Numbered from the stretch's first letter, positions 23,673-36,871 are shown. The stretch is 64,000 bases of DNA from an uncultured delta proteobacterium (GCA_963771175.1 CAVYSY010000056.1:116960-180959), one strand, 5' to 3'. A program made the numbers and translations. The notes: generated from the sequence alone by a model not told the origin.

Positions 23673-24821
23673 CTACGGAGCCACGTCCTGGCGGCGGACA
23701 CCCTCGATGGAGAGGACGAAGTCGGCACCGAAGGCCCGTGCCGGGGTAAGGGCGCCCCGCCGGTCGCCGGCCAGCACCTCCTCCACCGCGCGCACCGCCG
23801 CCCGGGCGGTGAAGGCATAGGCCTCGGGCGTCTCCAGCCACGCCTCCGCCCGGCGCCCGTCCGGCGCTCGCGCCTCGGCCCACACCTGGGCATGGCCCTT
23901 CTGGAGCAGGCGCTCCTCGGGGCCCCGCACCCGGGCCTCGACGAGCTTCTCCACGCGGTTGCGCACCGCATCCACCGCCAGCACCCTCTGGAGGAGCGGG
24001 AAGGCGAGACGCAGCGTCCGGGCCATCCAGGCCGGTTGGGCCATGTAGGTGGTGATGTGGGGGATGCCGGTGGAGTGCCAGGCCGTCACGAGGTCGCCCC
24101 AGGGGATGGGGACGATGGTGCGCTCGCGGTCGGAGAAGCGCACCCGGCGCGCGCCCTTGCCCAGGGGCCACGGCCGCAGCTGGCCGCCACGGCGCACGAC
24201 GCCGCCTGCGGGCAGGAGCTCCAGCATGGAATTGGTGGTGCCGGCGCTCGCCTCGGCAACGCCGCCAATGGCGAGGTCCAGCTCGTGCGCCCCGGGCACC
24301 TTGTCCGCCACGTAACAGGCGAGGCAGTCGGTGGGCACCACGTCGAAGCCCACTCCGGACATCAACACCACGCCGCGCCCCCTGGCCTCGGCGTCGTGAC
24401 GGAAGGTGTTCTCGAAGACGGGCAGCTCGCCGGTGATGTCCAGGTAGTGCGCCCCGGCGGAGAGGCAGGCCTGCACCATGGGCTCGCTGGTGTGGACGAA
24501 GGGGCCGGCGGCGTGGAGCACCAGGGGCAGGCCCTCCAGGGCGGCCACGAGGCCCCGCGCGTCCTCGAGCCCCACCGCCACCGAGTCCAGCCCGAGCCGC
24601 GAGGCCAGCGGGGCGAGCTTCTCGCGCGAGCGGCCGGCCAGCACGGGCCGGTGTCCACGGCGCACGGCTTCCTCGGCGATGAGGACACCCGTATAGCCGG
24701 TGGCGCCGTACAGCAACCACCGGGGAGCAGTGTTCGTCGACGATCTCACGCGAGGCACCCTATCCCACGGCGCCGACGAAGGAAGCGCTGTCACAATGGT
24801 GGCCAGTGTGAAGTCATGCAC
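23673..24821 (-). CDS. Saccharopine dehydrogenase family oxidoreductase (true start may be further downstream)
   Basis: LYGATGYTG, LAGRS..KL, AGPF, HYLDITGE, GFDVVPTD. Confidence 0.85.
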   Translation of the reverse strand: MHDFTLATIVTALPSSAPWDRVPRVRSSTNTAPRWLLYGATGYTGVLIAEEAVRRGHRPVLAGRSREKLAPLASRLGLDSVAVGLEDARGLVAALEGLPLVLHAAGPFVHTSEPMVQACLSAGAHYLDITGELPVFENTFRHDAEARGRGVVLMSGVGFDVVPTDCLACYVADKVPGAHELDLAIGGVAEASAGTTNSMLELLPAGGVVRRGGQLRPWPLGKGARRVRFSDRERTIVPIPWGDLVTAWHSTGIPHITTYMAQPAWMARTLRLAFPLLQRVLAVDAVRNRVEKLVEARVRGPEERLLQKGHAQVWAEARAPDGRRAEAWLETPEAYAFTARAAVRAVEEVLAGDRRGALTPARAFGADFVLSIEGVRRQDVAP

Positions 24822-24865
24822 GTTCTCCCCCCATTCTCCTGGCGAGTCGGCTAGGACTGGGGGGC

Positions 24866-25603
24866 ATGAGTGAGACGAAGCCCCCCTCGCGGAAGAAGAA
24901 GGATTCCCTCGAGGTGCGCGTGCGGCGCATCCATCGCCGAGACCTCAACCGGGCGTGGGAGTTCCTCAAGCTCGTCTTCCGGGACGTCAACCGCGAGACG
25001 GTGGAGTACCAGCGGCCCCGCTCCAAGCGGCGCTTCCTGGAGGTGTACTCCTCCGAGTGGATTGAGCAGCTCGTCTACGAGGTGAACGGGGAAATCGTCG
25101 GCTACTCCGAGTGCGCCTTCGAGGCCACCGGAGACGACAACTGGGTCAACCCGCGCTGGTTCGAGAAGCGGGGCATGCGGCCCCTCTTCGTCGAGGAGCT
25201 CGCCGTGCACCCGGACTACCAGGGCCGGGGCGTGGGCAGCTTCATCATGGAGCAGCTCCAGCACCTGGCGCGCACCCGGGGCTGTACCCACCTCGTGCTG
25301 GAGGTGGCCGAGAACAACGAGTCCGCGCTCGCCTTCTACCGCTCCCGCAACTTCTACAAGCTGGACGCCGCCATCTTCCTCGCCCAGAAGGTGCCCGGAG
25401 AGCCGGACCTGCTGCCCCCGCGCCAGCTCAAGGTTCGTGTACCCCAAGCCGAGGGCGCCGGCCCCTCCACCGGCCTCATGCCCGAGGAGGTCAGTGGGCC
25501 CTCGCTCGCCGGCAAGAGGCCCCGCGGCCTGCGCGCGGCCTCCGGGGGGGCGCGGAAGAAGGCCGCGGCACCGGCCAGGCCCGCGCCGAAGTCGAAGGAG
25601 TAG
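24866..25603 (+). CDS. GNAT family N-acetyltransferase
   Basis: LAVHPDYQGRGVG, LEV...NE.A..FY. Confidence 0.88.
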   Translation: MSETKPPSRKKKDSLEVRVRRIHRRDLNRAWEFLKLVFRDVNRETVEYQRPRSKRRFLEVYSSEWIEQLVYEVNGEIVGYSECAFEATGDDNWVNPRWFEKRGMRPLFVEELAVHPDYQGRGVGSFIMEQLQHLARTRGCTHLVLEVAENNESALAFYRSRNFYKLDAAIFLAQKVPGEPDLLPPRQLKVRVPQAEGAGPSTGLMPEEVSGPSLAGKRPRGLRAASGGARKKAAAPARPAPKSKE

Positions 25604-25612
25604 CCCCGCGCC

Positions 25613-26260
25613 TCAGAAGGCCCAGCCCAGGCCGACCGACATGCGCGGAGCCACCGCCCAGCCAGTCGTGGTGGACTCGGTCGGCGCCACCGAGCCATCC
25701 AGCGCGACATTATTGGAGTAGCTCGTCGTCTCGCGAGCGAGCACCGCGAGCCCCAGTCCCACCTGGGCAGAGAAGCCCGGGGAGAGGATGGCGGTATAGC
25801 CGGCGCGCACACTCCCTCCGTATTCGAAGTGGCGCCAGCCACTCCTCACGGTGGGGAGCGCCCCCTCCTGCGGGGAGGCCATCTCGTTGGTGATATGGTG
25901 CTGGAACACCGAGGCCTCGAGGTGCGGACCCACCCAGAAGCCCTCGGGGGCTCGGCCCGCGAGGTAGAAGTGCACGCCCGGCTCCAGCCCCGCGCCAAAA
26001 CGCCGGGTGGTGATGTCCCAGGTGGGGGTGAACCCGCTCGTGTCGAGCAGCCCGTTGACCTGAGCCGACGCGGCGAGCGCCACGTGCTCGCTCAGCGCGT
26101 GCTCCACATTGGCGCCGATCTGGCCCACGTACCCAGCCACCGGCTGCATCAGCACCACGGTGCGCAGCACCTGTGCGGATTCCTCGGCACGGCCCGTCGA
26201 CGGCACCAGGCCCAGTCCCACTCCGAAAGCGACAGTCCCCCAACGAAGCCACCAGCTCAT
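25613..26260 (-). CDS. Small outer-membrane beta-barrel protein (DUF3575-like)
   Basis: Signal peptide, alternating beta strands, GFWVGP, terminal ...VGLGWAF. Confidence 0.7.
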   Translation of the reverse strand: MSWWLRWGTVAFGVGLGLVPSTGRAEESAQVLRTVVLMQPVAGYVGQIGANVEHALSEHVALAASAQVNGLLDTSGFTPTWDITTRRFGAGLEPGVHFYLAGRAPEGFWVGPHLEASVFQHHITNEMASPQEGALPTVRSGWRHFEYGGSVRAGYTAILSPGFSAQVGLGLAVLARETTSYSNNVALDGSVAPTESTTTGWAVAPRMSVGLGWAF

Positions 26261-26311
26261 TGCAGTCCCTCCCCGTGCGCCGTCCGGCCGGCGGCGCGTG
26301 CGGCGAGGGTT

Positions 26312-26327
26312 TGCAGCGCGCGTGCCA
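26312..26327 (-). promoter_or_regulatory. Sigma-54 promoter upstream of the beta-barrel gene
   Basis: Minus strand reads TGGCACGCGCGCTGCA. Confidence 0.6.
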
Positions 26328-26433
26328 CGCGCTGACTCAGAGGGAAGGAGCGCGGAGCCTCTCCTCCCGAGAGGACAGATTGGCGGCGGCACTCGCGGAG
26401 GCGCGTGACAATGTGTCGGTGTGACGAGCGCGC

Positions 26434-26778
26434 TCAGCGCGTTGCCTTCCCGTAGTAGAGGGACACCTCCGCGTGACAGGCCGCGTCACACTCGGGGAAC
26501 TGCGAGAGGAAGCGGGCCTGCCGGCGACAGTTGGCCGTGAGGGCGCCGCCCGGATCCTCGTGGCACAGGGTCTCGAAGCTCGCGAAGCTCTCCTGGAAGA
26601 ACACCGCCCGCTTCCCCGGCTCCATGGACAAGAGGGCCCGACGCTCGGCCCCCAGCACCCACACCAGGCCGGCCAGCAGCAGCAGCACGGAAAGCCCCAC
26701 CACCGCCACCCGGCCAATCACCTTCCACTCGTCCCGGGTGAGCAACGGCGCTCCCTGACTCATCGCTCGCGTCGCCAT
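26434..26778 (-). CDS. Small membrane-anchored 4-Cys protein (paralog A)
   Basis: One TM segment, then GAERRAL..MEPG.RA..F...LC.EDPG...CR..A.FL..FPEC...C. Confidence 0.7.
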   Translation of the reverse strand: MATRAMSQGAPLLTRDEWKVIGRVAVVGLSVLLLLAGLVWVLGAERRALLSMEPGKRAVFFQESFASFETLCHEDPGGALTANCRRQARFLSQFPECDAACHAEVSLYYGKATR

Positions 26779-26949
26779 ACCCTACGATGGGACAGCGCCC
26801 GGACCGACGCCACCCTCCATGCGCCGTGCAAACCAGGCCCGAGGCCACCGTGCAGGATGCAACCCCCTCCCGGGGCCGGGAGCCCCGAACCTCCTCTAGA
26901 GCCCCCTTCCGGCCCGGTGCGGCGCGCGGCGTGCACTTAGGATGAGGGC

Positions 26950-28354
<1,405 letters not shown>

Positions 28355-28391
28355 ACCCCCAGCCCGGTCCGGAGCACCCCCAGCGCTCCGC

Positions 28392-28697
28392 TCAGCGCTC
28401 TGCGCGCCGCAGGGAGTGGGAGACCTGCACGCGGCAGGGCTCGGTGCACTCGGGGAAGAGCAGGAGGAACCCGGCCCGCTCCCGGCAGGGCGAGGCGAGC
28501 ACCACGCCCGGATCCTCCCGGCACAGGCGCTGATAGGACTCCAGGTTCGCCTGGAAGAGCGCGGCCCGCCGTCCTGGCTCCATGGCCTGGAGCGCCCGCC
28601 GCTCGGCGCCCAACACCCACACCCCCACGGCCAATGCCACCAGCAACGAGAGCCACCCGGCCATCACCCGGGCCAGGGGCGTCCATCCCGCCATCAT
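28392..28697 (-). CDS. Small membrane-anchored 4-Cys protein (paralog B)
   Basis: Same motif as 26434-26778. Confidence 0.7.
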   Translation of the reverse strand: MMAGWTPLARVMAGWLSLLVALAVGVWVLGAERRALQAMEPGRRAALFQANLESYQRLCREDPGVVLASPCRERAGFLLLFPECTEPCRVQVSHSLRRAER

Positions 28698-28978
28698 GAC
28701 CGCTCGTGCAGGGCCCAGAGCACCAGCCCGCCCATGACGAGGCAGCACAGGGCGAGCAGGGGCCAGAGCGCCATTCCCAACTCGATCTGGAAGAGGAACG
28801 CCCCGAAGAGCAACGCCACGAACAGCATCAGCAGGCCCAGGAGCGGCGGCAGGACACGCCGGGAGTGGTTCCGCTCGAACTCCTGCTCGGCCAGCGACAA
28901 CCTGGGCGGAGGCACCTGGGAAAAGCGCCTGCCGGGGCGGAAGAAGGGGTACCGCGACAACTCATCCTCTGTGGTCAT
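28694..28978 (-). CDS. Small two-TM hypothetical protein
   Basis: MTTEDELSRYPFF... with two hydrophobic helices. Stop overlaps the start of paralog B. Confidence 0.6.
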   Translation of the reverse strand: MTTEDELSRYPFFRPGRRFSQVPPPRLSLAEQEFERNHSRRVLPPLLGLLMLFVALLFGAFLFQIELGMALWPLLALCCLVMGGLVLWALHERS

Positions 28979-29009
28979 GGATGCTCGCTCCTGTTCTACT
29001 CCTGGATTG

Positions 29010-29025
29010 AGCACTCCTCGTGCCA
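29010..29025 (-). promoter_or_regulatory. Sigma-54 promoter
   Basis: Minus strand reads TGGCACGAGGAGTGCT, about 30 nt upstream of the 28978 start. Confidence 0.65.
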
Positions 29026-29128
29026 TTGGCATCCCGAGTCGTTCCGCGGACTTGCCGCTCCAGGCCCTTGCACTTCGCAGGGAGGACCGTGCCGCCCCCC
29101 TGCTGGATGCGAGCCTCAGGGGGTCAGG

Positions 29129-31019
29129 TCACTTCCGGCCGAGCTCGCTCGGCTGCTCGCCCTTCAGGGGGAGGGTGAACCAGAAGGTGCTGCCCTGCCC
29201 GGGCTGGCTCGTCACGCCCATCTCCCCGCCGTGCGCCTGGACGATCTCCTGCGCGATGGAGAGCCCCAGCCCCGCGCCTCCCGTGCTCGCCCCGGGCACC
29301 CGGTAGAACTTCTCGAAGACGCGCTGCTGGTGCTCCGGCGCGATGCCCTCCCCGGTGTCCGCCACCTCGAAGCGCACCCGCTCCCGCGTCGCGCCGCGCC
29401 CGCACCGCCACCTCGCCCCCGGCCCGCGTGTGGCGCACGGCGTTGGCGACCAGGTTGGAGAGCACCAGCTGCATCCGCTCCGGATCCGCCTCCACCGTCT
29501 CCAGCTCCGGCTCCCGCTCCGAGGCCAGCCGCACGCCCCGCTCGTCCGCCGCGATGCGGTGCGGGGCGAGGCCGCCTCCAGCACCGCCTCCGCGGAGACC
29601 GGCGCGCACCTCCAGCACCAGCCGCCCCGACTGGATGCGCGACAGGTCGAGCAGGTCGTCGACGATGCCCTGCAGCCGCTCGCAGTCCTCGCGCGCGGCG
29701 TACGAGCAGGTCGGCCTGCTTCTCGGTGAGCGGGCCCGCCGCGCTCCTCGGCGCACAGGTGGATCGCCATGCGCAGCGAGGTGAGCGGCGTGCGGAACTC
29801 GTGCGCCACGGTGGCCACCAGGTCGTTCTTCAGCTCGTCGAAGCGGCGCAGCCGCGTCACGTCCTGCAGGACGCACGGTGGCGCCCGACGACGCCGCCCT
29901 CCTCGCCGTAGACGGGCGTGGCGCGCGGCAGGAGCCAGCCGGTCGCCCTCGCGGCCCGTCCACCCGCACCGCCTCCTCGAAGCCGCGCGGCACGTAGGCG
30001 CCCTTGCCGCCCAGCACGTGCGCGCGCACCCGCTCGAGCACGCTCGCGCAGCGCCGGCGTCGACCGTCGCCGAGCGCGCTCGCCGCGCCTCCAGCCGACA
30101 GCCGCAGCAGCGCCTCGGCGGCGCGGTTGACGTTGAGCACGCTCGCCCGTCCAGGCCGAAGACCAGCACCGGGTCGGGCAGGCTGTCGATGGCGGCCTGC
30201 GCGGCCTGCTGCGCCTGGAGCAGCTCGCCGAGCGAGCTGCTGCCGGTACTCCTCCAGCGCGCTCGGCCATGGCGTTGAAGTCGCGCGGCGAGCTGGGCGA
30301 TCTCGTCGCCGCCCTCGACCAGCGCGCGCGCGGCCAGGTCGCCCTGCGCCGAGCCGCTGCACCGCCTGCGCGAGCACCGAGAGCGGCCGCAGCAGCCGGC
30401 GGGTGAGCGACGCCGAGGCGAGCGAGCCGCCGACGCAGCGCCGCCGAGCGCCGCCGAGCACCATGAGCGTGTTCACGCGCTGCGCGCGATCTGCCGCGCG
30501 CGCGTCGCTCTTGCGCACCATCGCGTCCTGGTTGAGCGCGAGGATGCCTGCGTCGGCCGCCTTCGACCGCCAGGAAGCGCCGGCTCGAGCGTCGCCGAAG
30601 TAGGCGCGCGCGCGGCCTCGCCGGGCGGTCCAGCGCGCGCAAGCCGTCGTAGCCGCGCCGGTAGCGCGTCCAGGCCGCGCCGCAGCCGCTGCGGTGGCCT
30701 CGCGCCTCGCCCGGCTCGGTGATGTTGCCCTCCTGCGACCCGCAGCTCCGCCTCGAAGCGCGCGCGATGTGCGCGTCGACCTGCGCCGGCCCCTGCGCCG
30801 CGTCGCCCGGCGACGACGAAGAGCGCGGCGCTGTCGAGGCGCTCGAGCGCGCTCCTTCATGCGCTGCGCGGCCAGCACGCTGCGGTAGTTGTCCGCGAGG
30901 ATGTGTCTGCGACGCGCGCGCCCAGCGCGCCGAGCGTGGTGACGGCCACCACGCCGACCAGCAGCAGCGCGAGCGCCAGCGGGCGCCTGGGCGAGCAGCA
31001 GCTTGGCGCGCAGCGTCAT
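29129..31019 (-). CDS. HAMP/PAS sensor histidine kinase (KinB-like); many frameshifts
   Basis: [26 protein letters not shown]-box [36 protein letters not shown]. Confidence 0.82.
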
Positions 31020-32193
31020 GGCCGCGCCCTCCTCGCTCCGTCGAAGCGAGACGATGTGCAGGTCGAAGCCCGTCCGCCTCGTCGACCAGGCGCTGCGACG
31101 ACCGAGCGCCCCAGCGAGCCGCCGCCACCAGGGCTGGCTGCGCGCGGCCGATGATGATGTGGCCGACGCCGTGCGAGCGGGCGAAGTCGAGGAGCGCCGC
31201 CACCGGGTCGTCGGCCCTGCAGCCGCACGACCTCGGCGCCGAGCTCGCGCGCCATCTCGATGTTGTCGAGCAGGTGGCGCTGCGCCTCGGCGTCGATCCG
31301 GTCGCGGCGCCTCGCCGGGCGTCTCCACGTAGACCACGAACCAGTCGGTGTTGAGCCGGCCGGCCATGCGCGAGCCGCGGCGCAGCAGCGTCGCGGCGCG
31401 CGGCGAGTAGCGAGGACATGCAGACCATGACGCGGCCGCGCGTCGGCGCGCGGCGCGCGCGTCCTGCGTCCGGCGCGTGCGCGGCCGCGCTGCGCGCTCG
31501 AGGCTCTCGGCCACCTCGCGCAGCGCCAGCTCGCGCAGCGTGGCGAGGTTGCTCGTCCTGGAAGAAGTGCTCCAGCGCCCAGGCGACCTTCTCGGCGGCG
31601 TAGATCTTGCCGGCGCGCAGCCGCTCGAGCAGGTCCTCGACGGCCAGGTCGAGGTTCACGACCTGGTCGGCCTGCTTCAGGAAGGTGTCGGGGACCGTCT
31701 CGCGCACGCGCGACGCCGGTGGCCCGCTCGACGAGGTCGTTGAGGCTCTCGAGGTGCTGGATGTTGAAGGCGCCGATGACGTTGATGCCGGCGTCGAGCA
31801 GCTCGAGCACGTCCTGGTAGCGCTTGCGGTTGCGCGACCCGGGGACGTTGGTGTGCGGCGATCTCGTCGACGATGGCGACCTGCGGGCTTGCGCGCCAGG
31901 ACCGCGTCGAGGTCCATCTCCTCGACGGCGACGCCGCGGTACTCGACCTGTCGCCGCGGCACCACCTCGAGCCCCTCGATCGAGCGCCGCGGTCTCGGCG
32001 CGCCCGTGCGTCTCGACGAAGCCGACGCACCACGTCGACGCCGCGCTTGCGCAGCGCGTGCGCCTCCTCGAGCATGCGGTAGGTCTTGCCCACGCCGGCG
32101 GCGAAGCCGATGTAGAGCTTGAGCCGCCCGCGCCGCGCGCGCTCGACGAGCTCGAGGAAGTCCTCCGGGCGCTGGCGGTCGGGTCGCCGTCAT
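31016..32193 (-). CDS. kdpD: KdpD N-terminal domain + USP domain, without TM or kinase part; frameshifted
   Basis: [53 protein letters not shown] part VVYVETP, HIIIGR. Confidence 0.8.
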
Positions 32194-32203
32194 GTCCGTC
32201 GTG

Positions 32204-32829
32204 CTACGCCTTCGGCGCGCGGCTGCACGGGGCGCGCCGAACTGCGCGGTCGAGCGCGAGGTTGAGCAGCGAGCACGTTGACGCGCGGCTCGCCGAGGAA
32301 GCCGAGGTCGCGCCCCTCGACGTGCGTCCTCGACGACCGCCCGGACGCGCTCCGGCGTCGACGCCCGCGCGCCGCGGCGACGCGCGGCACCTGCCAGAGC
32401 GCGGCCGCCGGGCGAGAGGTGCGGGTCGAGGCCGCTCGCCGAGGCCGTCACGAGCTCGGCCGGGCACCGGCCCGGGCGCCGTCGGGGTTCTCGGCGCGCA
32501 GCCGCGCCGACGTCGGCCGCGCGCGCGGTCGCGCAGCTTCTGCGAGGTCGGGCCGAGGTTCGAGCCCGCCGAGGCCGCGGCGTCGTAGCCCGTCTGCCCG
32601 GCCGCCGACGGGCGCGGCTGGAAGTAGGCCGGGCTGCGCGAAGCGCCTGGCCGATGAGCTCCGAGCCGACCGACCTGCCCCTGCTCGTCGGTGACCAGGC
32701 TGCCGTTCGGCCTGCGTCGGGAAAGAGCGACCTGCGCGAGGCCGGTGACGGCGAGCGGATAGACGAGCCCGGTGAGGACCAGGGTGACGAGCGGTCGCGC
32801 GAAGCGCGATCGACGAGTGCGTTCGCCAT
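32204..32829 (-). CDS. kdpC: K+-transporting ATPase subunit C; frameshifted
   Basis: [48 protein letters not shown]. Confidence 0.85.
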
Positions 32830-32840
32830 GGCGATCCTCC

Positions 32841-34913
32841 TCAGACCAGCCCGACGGCCGGCGAGCGCCAGGTCGATGAGCTTGATGCCGACGAACGGCG
32901 CGACGACGCCGCCCACGCCGTAGATGAGCAGCGAGCGGCGCAGCAGCGCCGCCGCGCCGAGCGGCCGGTAGCGCACGCCGCGCAGCGCCAGCGGGATGAG
33001 CGCGACGATGATGAGCGCGTTGAAGATGACCGCCGAGAGGATGGCGCTCTGCGGCGAGGCCAGGCGCATGACGTTGAGCGGCGCGATCTCCGGGAAGACG
33101 CCCACGAACATCGCCGGCAGGATGGCGAAGTACTTGGCCACGTCGTTGGCGATCGAGAAGGTGGTGAGCGCGCCGCGGGTCATGAGGAGCTGCTTGCCGA
33201 CCTCGACGACCTCGAGGAGCTTGGTCGGGTTGGAGTCGAGGTCGACCATGTTGCCGGCCTCCTTCGCCGCCTGGGTGCCGGTGTTCATCGCCACGCCGAC
33301 GTCGGCCTGGGCCAGCGCCGGGCGCGTCGTTGGTGCCGTCGCCGGTCATCGCCACGAGCTTGCCCTTCGCCTGCTCGTCCTGGATGAGCGCGCATCTTGG
33401 CCTCGGGCGTGGCCTCGGCGAGGAAGTCGTCGACGCCCGCCTCCGCGGCGATGGCCGCGGCGGTGCGCGGGTTGTCGCCGGTGATCATCACGGTGCGGAT
33501 GCCCATGGCGCGGAAGCGCGCGAAGCGCTCCTTGATGCCGCCCTTGACCACGTCCTTGAGGTGGATGACGCCGAGCACGCGCGTCGCCGTCGGCGACGGC
33601 GAGCGGCGTGCCGCCCGCGTCGCCGATGCGTGCCGGCCGCGTCGTCGAGCTCGCGCGGGCATCGCGCCGCCCGAGCGCGCGCACGTGCGCGCGCGACGGC
33701 GTCGACCGCGCCCTTGCGGATGCGCGCGGCCGTCGAGGTCGCAGCCGCTCATGCGCGTCTGCGCGCGTGAAGGGGACGAAGTGCGCGCCGATGCTCGCCG
33801 ACGTCGCGGCCGCGCAGGCCGTAGCTGCTCCTTGACCAGCACGACGATCGAGCGCCCCTCGGGCGTCTCGTCGGCCAGGCTGGCGAGCTGCGCCGCGTCG
33901 GCCAGCTCCTCGATCGGCACGCCCGGCGACCGGGAGGAGCTCGGTCGCCATGCGGTTGCCGAGCGTGATGGTGCCGGTCTTGTCGAGCAGCAGCATGTCG
34001 ACGTCGCCGGCCGCCTCGACGGCGCGGCCGCTCATCGCGAGCACGTTCTTGCGCAGCAGCCGGTCCATGCCGGCGATGCCGATGGCCGAGAGCAGGCCGC
34101 CGATGGTGGTCGGGATGAGGCAGACGAGCAGCGCGACGATCACCGGTCGCCGAGAGCGCGACGCCCGAGTAGAGCGCGAGCGGCACCAGCGTCACGCAGG
34201 CGAACAGGAAGATGAGCGTCAGCCCGACGAGCAGGATGTGCAGCGCGATCTCGTTCGGCGTCTTCTGGCGCGCGGCGCCCTCGACCAGCGCGATCATCCG
34301 GTCGAGGAACGACTCGCCCGGGTCGGCGGTGATGCGCACGACGATGCGGTCGGAGAGCACCTTGGTGCCGCCGGTGACCGCGCGAGCGGTCGCCGCCGCT
34401 CTCGCGGATGACCGGCGCCGACTCGCCGGTGATCGCCGACTCGTCGACCGAGGCGATGCCCTCGATGACCTCGCCGTCGCCGGGGATGAGCTCGCCCGCC
34501 TCGACGACGACCACGGTCGCCCTTGCGCAGCGTGCGAGGCGGGCACCGTCTCCTCCCGGCCGTCGACGCAGCCGCCGCGCCGTCGTCTCCTTGCGCATCT
34601 TGCGCAGCGCGTCGGCCTGCGCCTTGCCGCGCCCCTCGGCCACCGCCTCGGCGAAGTTGGCGAAGAGCACGTGAACCAGAGCCAGAGCGTGACCGCGCCG
34701 GTGAACCAGAGCGGCGCGGCGCCGGCCGGCGGGCGCGACCAGGTCGCGGAGCCAGAGCACCGTGGTGAGCACGCTGCCGACCTCGACCACGAACATGACC
34801 GGGTTCTTCGCCACGTGCCGCGGGCGCGAGCTTGCGCAGGCTGTCCAGCGATCGCCGGCCGGAGGATCGCGGCGTCGAAGAGCGAGGCGGCTTTGCTGTG
34901 GGTGCGTGGCCAT
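32841..34913 (-). CDS. kdpB: K+-transporting ATPase subunit B (P-type); frameshifted
   Basis: [66 protein letters not shown]. Confidence 0.92.
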
Positions 34914-34915
34914 GG

Positions 34916-36669
34916 TCAGAACACCTTTCCGGCCGGCGCGAGGAAGTGCTCGACGATCGGGCCCGAGCGCGAGCGCCGGGAAGAAGGTGAGCGCGCCGAC
35001 GATGAGGATCACCGCCGACCAGCAGCGCCGGCGAAGAGCGCGCCGTCGGTCGGGAAGGTGCCCGGGCCCGGCGGGCACGACCTTCTTGCCGACCATGCGA
35101 GCCGGCGATCGCCAGCACCGGGACGATCATCAGGAAGCGCCCGACGAGCATGGCGAGGCCGAGCGTCGATGTTCCAGAACGGCGTGTTGGCGTTGAGGCC
35201 GGCGAAGGCCGAGCCGTTGTTGCCCGCGCCGCTCGGTGAAGGCGTAGAGGATCTCGCGAGAGGCCGTGCGGGCCCGGCGTTGTTGAGCGAGCGAGACGCC
35301 GTAGGGCGCCACCGCCGCCCAGGCGGTGAAGCCGAGGATGACGAGCGGGAAGATCAGCACGTAGAGCATCGCGAGCTTCATCTCGCGCGCCTCGATCTTC
35401 TTGCCCAGGTACTCGGGCGTGCGCCCGACCATGAGGCCGGCGATGAAGACCGCGAGCAGCGACGAAGACGAGCATGCCGTAGAGGCCCGCGCCGACGCCG
35501 CCGAAGATCGACCTCGCCGAGCTGGATGTTGACGAGCGGCACCAGGCCGCCGAGCGGCGTGAAGCTGTCGTGCATCGAGTTGACCGCGCCGCACGAGGCG
35601 TCGGTGGTGACGGTGGCGAAGAGCGCCGAGTCGGCGACGCCGAAGCGGACCTCCTTGCCCTCCATGTTGCCGGCGGCCTGGTCGACGGCCAGGCCGCTGC
35701 GAGCGCCGGGTTGCCGCGCGGCCTCGGCCCAGTAGGCGACGCGTCGACGCCCGACGAGGAAGAGGACGCGCCATGGCGGCGAAGAGCGCCCAGCCCTGCC
35801 GCTGGTCGCGCGCCATGCGGCCGTAGGTGTAGGTGAGCGCCGCCGGGATGGCGAAGATCGAGCAGCATCTGCGACGAAGTTCGTGAGCGGCGTCGGGTTC
35901 TCGAACGGATGGGCGCTGTTGGCGTTGAAGAAGCCGCCGCCGTTGGTGCCGAGCATCTTGATGGCCTCCTGCGAGGCGACCGGGCCCATCGCGATCATCT
36001 GCTTCGCGCCCTCGAGCGTCGTGACCTCGCGGTACGGCGCGAAGTTCTGGATCACGCCCTGCGAGACCAGGACGAGCGCGCCGACGATGCAGATCGGCAG
36101 CAGCACGTAGAGCGATGCGCGCGGATCAGGTCGACCCAGAAGTTGCCGAGCGTCTTCGGCGCCCTCGGGCCCGCGCCGGCGCGTGAGGCCGCGCGCCAGC
36201 GCGAGCGCGACGCCGATGCCCGCCGCCGCCGAGGTGAAGTTGTGCCAGGCGAGCCCCGCCATCTGCGTGAGGTAGCTCATCGTCGACTCGCCCGCGTAGG
36301 ACTGCCAGTTGGTGTTGGTGGTGAAGCTGACCGCGGTGTTGAAGGCGAGCTCCGGCTCGACCGCCGGCGAAGCTGCTGCGGGTTGAGCGGCAGCACGTGC
36401 TGCAGCCGCTGGATGCGCGTAGGTGACGAGCACGCCGAACAGCGCTGAAGACGAGCAGCGCGAGCGCGTACTGCATCCAGGTCTGCTCGCTGCGTCGGGT
36501 CGACGCCGCAGAGCCGGTAGCAGCAGCCGCTCGACCGGCCCGAGGACGCGCGGCAGCGGCTGGCGCTCGCCCTCGAAGACGCGGAACAGGTAGACGCCGA
36601 GCGGCTTCGTGAGCGCGAGGACGCAGCAGCGAAGAAGAGCGAATCTGCAGCCAGCCGATGAGCGGTCAT
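34916..36669 (-). CDS. kdpA: K+-transporting ATPase subunit A; frameshifted
   Basis: [68 protein letters not shown]. Confidence 0.92.
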
Positions 36670-36678
36670 GACGGGTCC

Positions 36679-36767
36679 TCAGAAGCGCTCGGGCCGCAGC
36701 AGCGCGTAGACGAGGTAGACGGTGAGCAGCACCGCGAGCGCGGCGCCGAGACGTATTCGAAGGTCAT
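36679..36767 (-). CDS. kdpF: K+-transporting ATPase subunit F (1-nt indel near the N-terminus)
   Basis: [28 protein letters not shown], with the KdpF-type YLxYALxxPERF end, directly upstream of kdpA. Not in the ORF track. Confidence 0.85.
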
Positions 36768-36781
36768 GGCGGACTTCCCCT

Positions 36782-36862
36782 TCAGAGCCGGTCGCAGCCG
36801 CGGGCGTAGGCCCACGCGAGCGCGAAGAAGCCGACGGTCACGAGCACGAGGACGAGGTCCAT
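36782..36862 (-). CDS. 26-aa hydrophobic peptide upstream of kdpF
   Basis: MDLVLVLVTVGFFALAWAYARGCDRL*, preceded by an AGGAG RBS right after the porin stop. Confidence 0.7.
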   Translation of the reverse strand: MDLVLVLVTVGFFALAWAYARGCDRL

Positions 36863-36871
36863 GGGGGACTC

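Noticed and set aside
21475..24720. 1081-aa ORF apparently fusing upstream sequence to the chemoreceptor
   Set aside because: Only 23439 to about 22560 is the real MCP frame. The rest is out-of-frame readthrough.
26820..26835. Possible sigma-54 promoter (TGGTTTGCACGGCGCA, minus strand) for paralog A
   Set aside because: Matches only the minimal GG-N10-GC, which is too weak to call in GC-rich DNA.
29129..36767. kdp operon as true pseudogenes or programmed frameshifting
   Set aside because: Indels are numerous and scattered, with no slippery-site pattern, and key motifs are preserved. Sequence error is more parsimonious.
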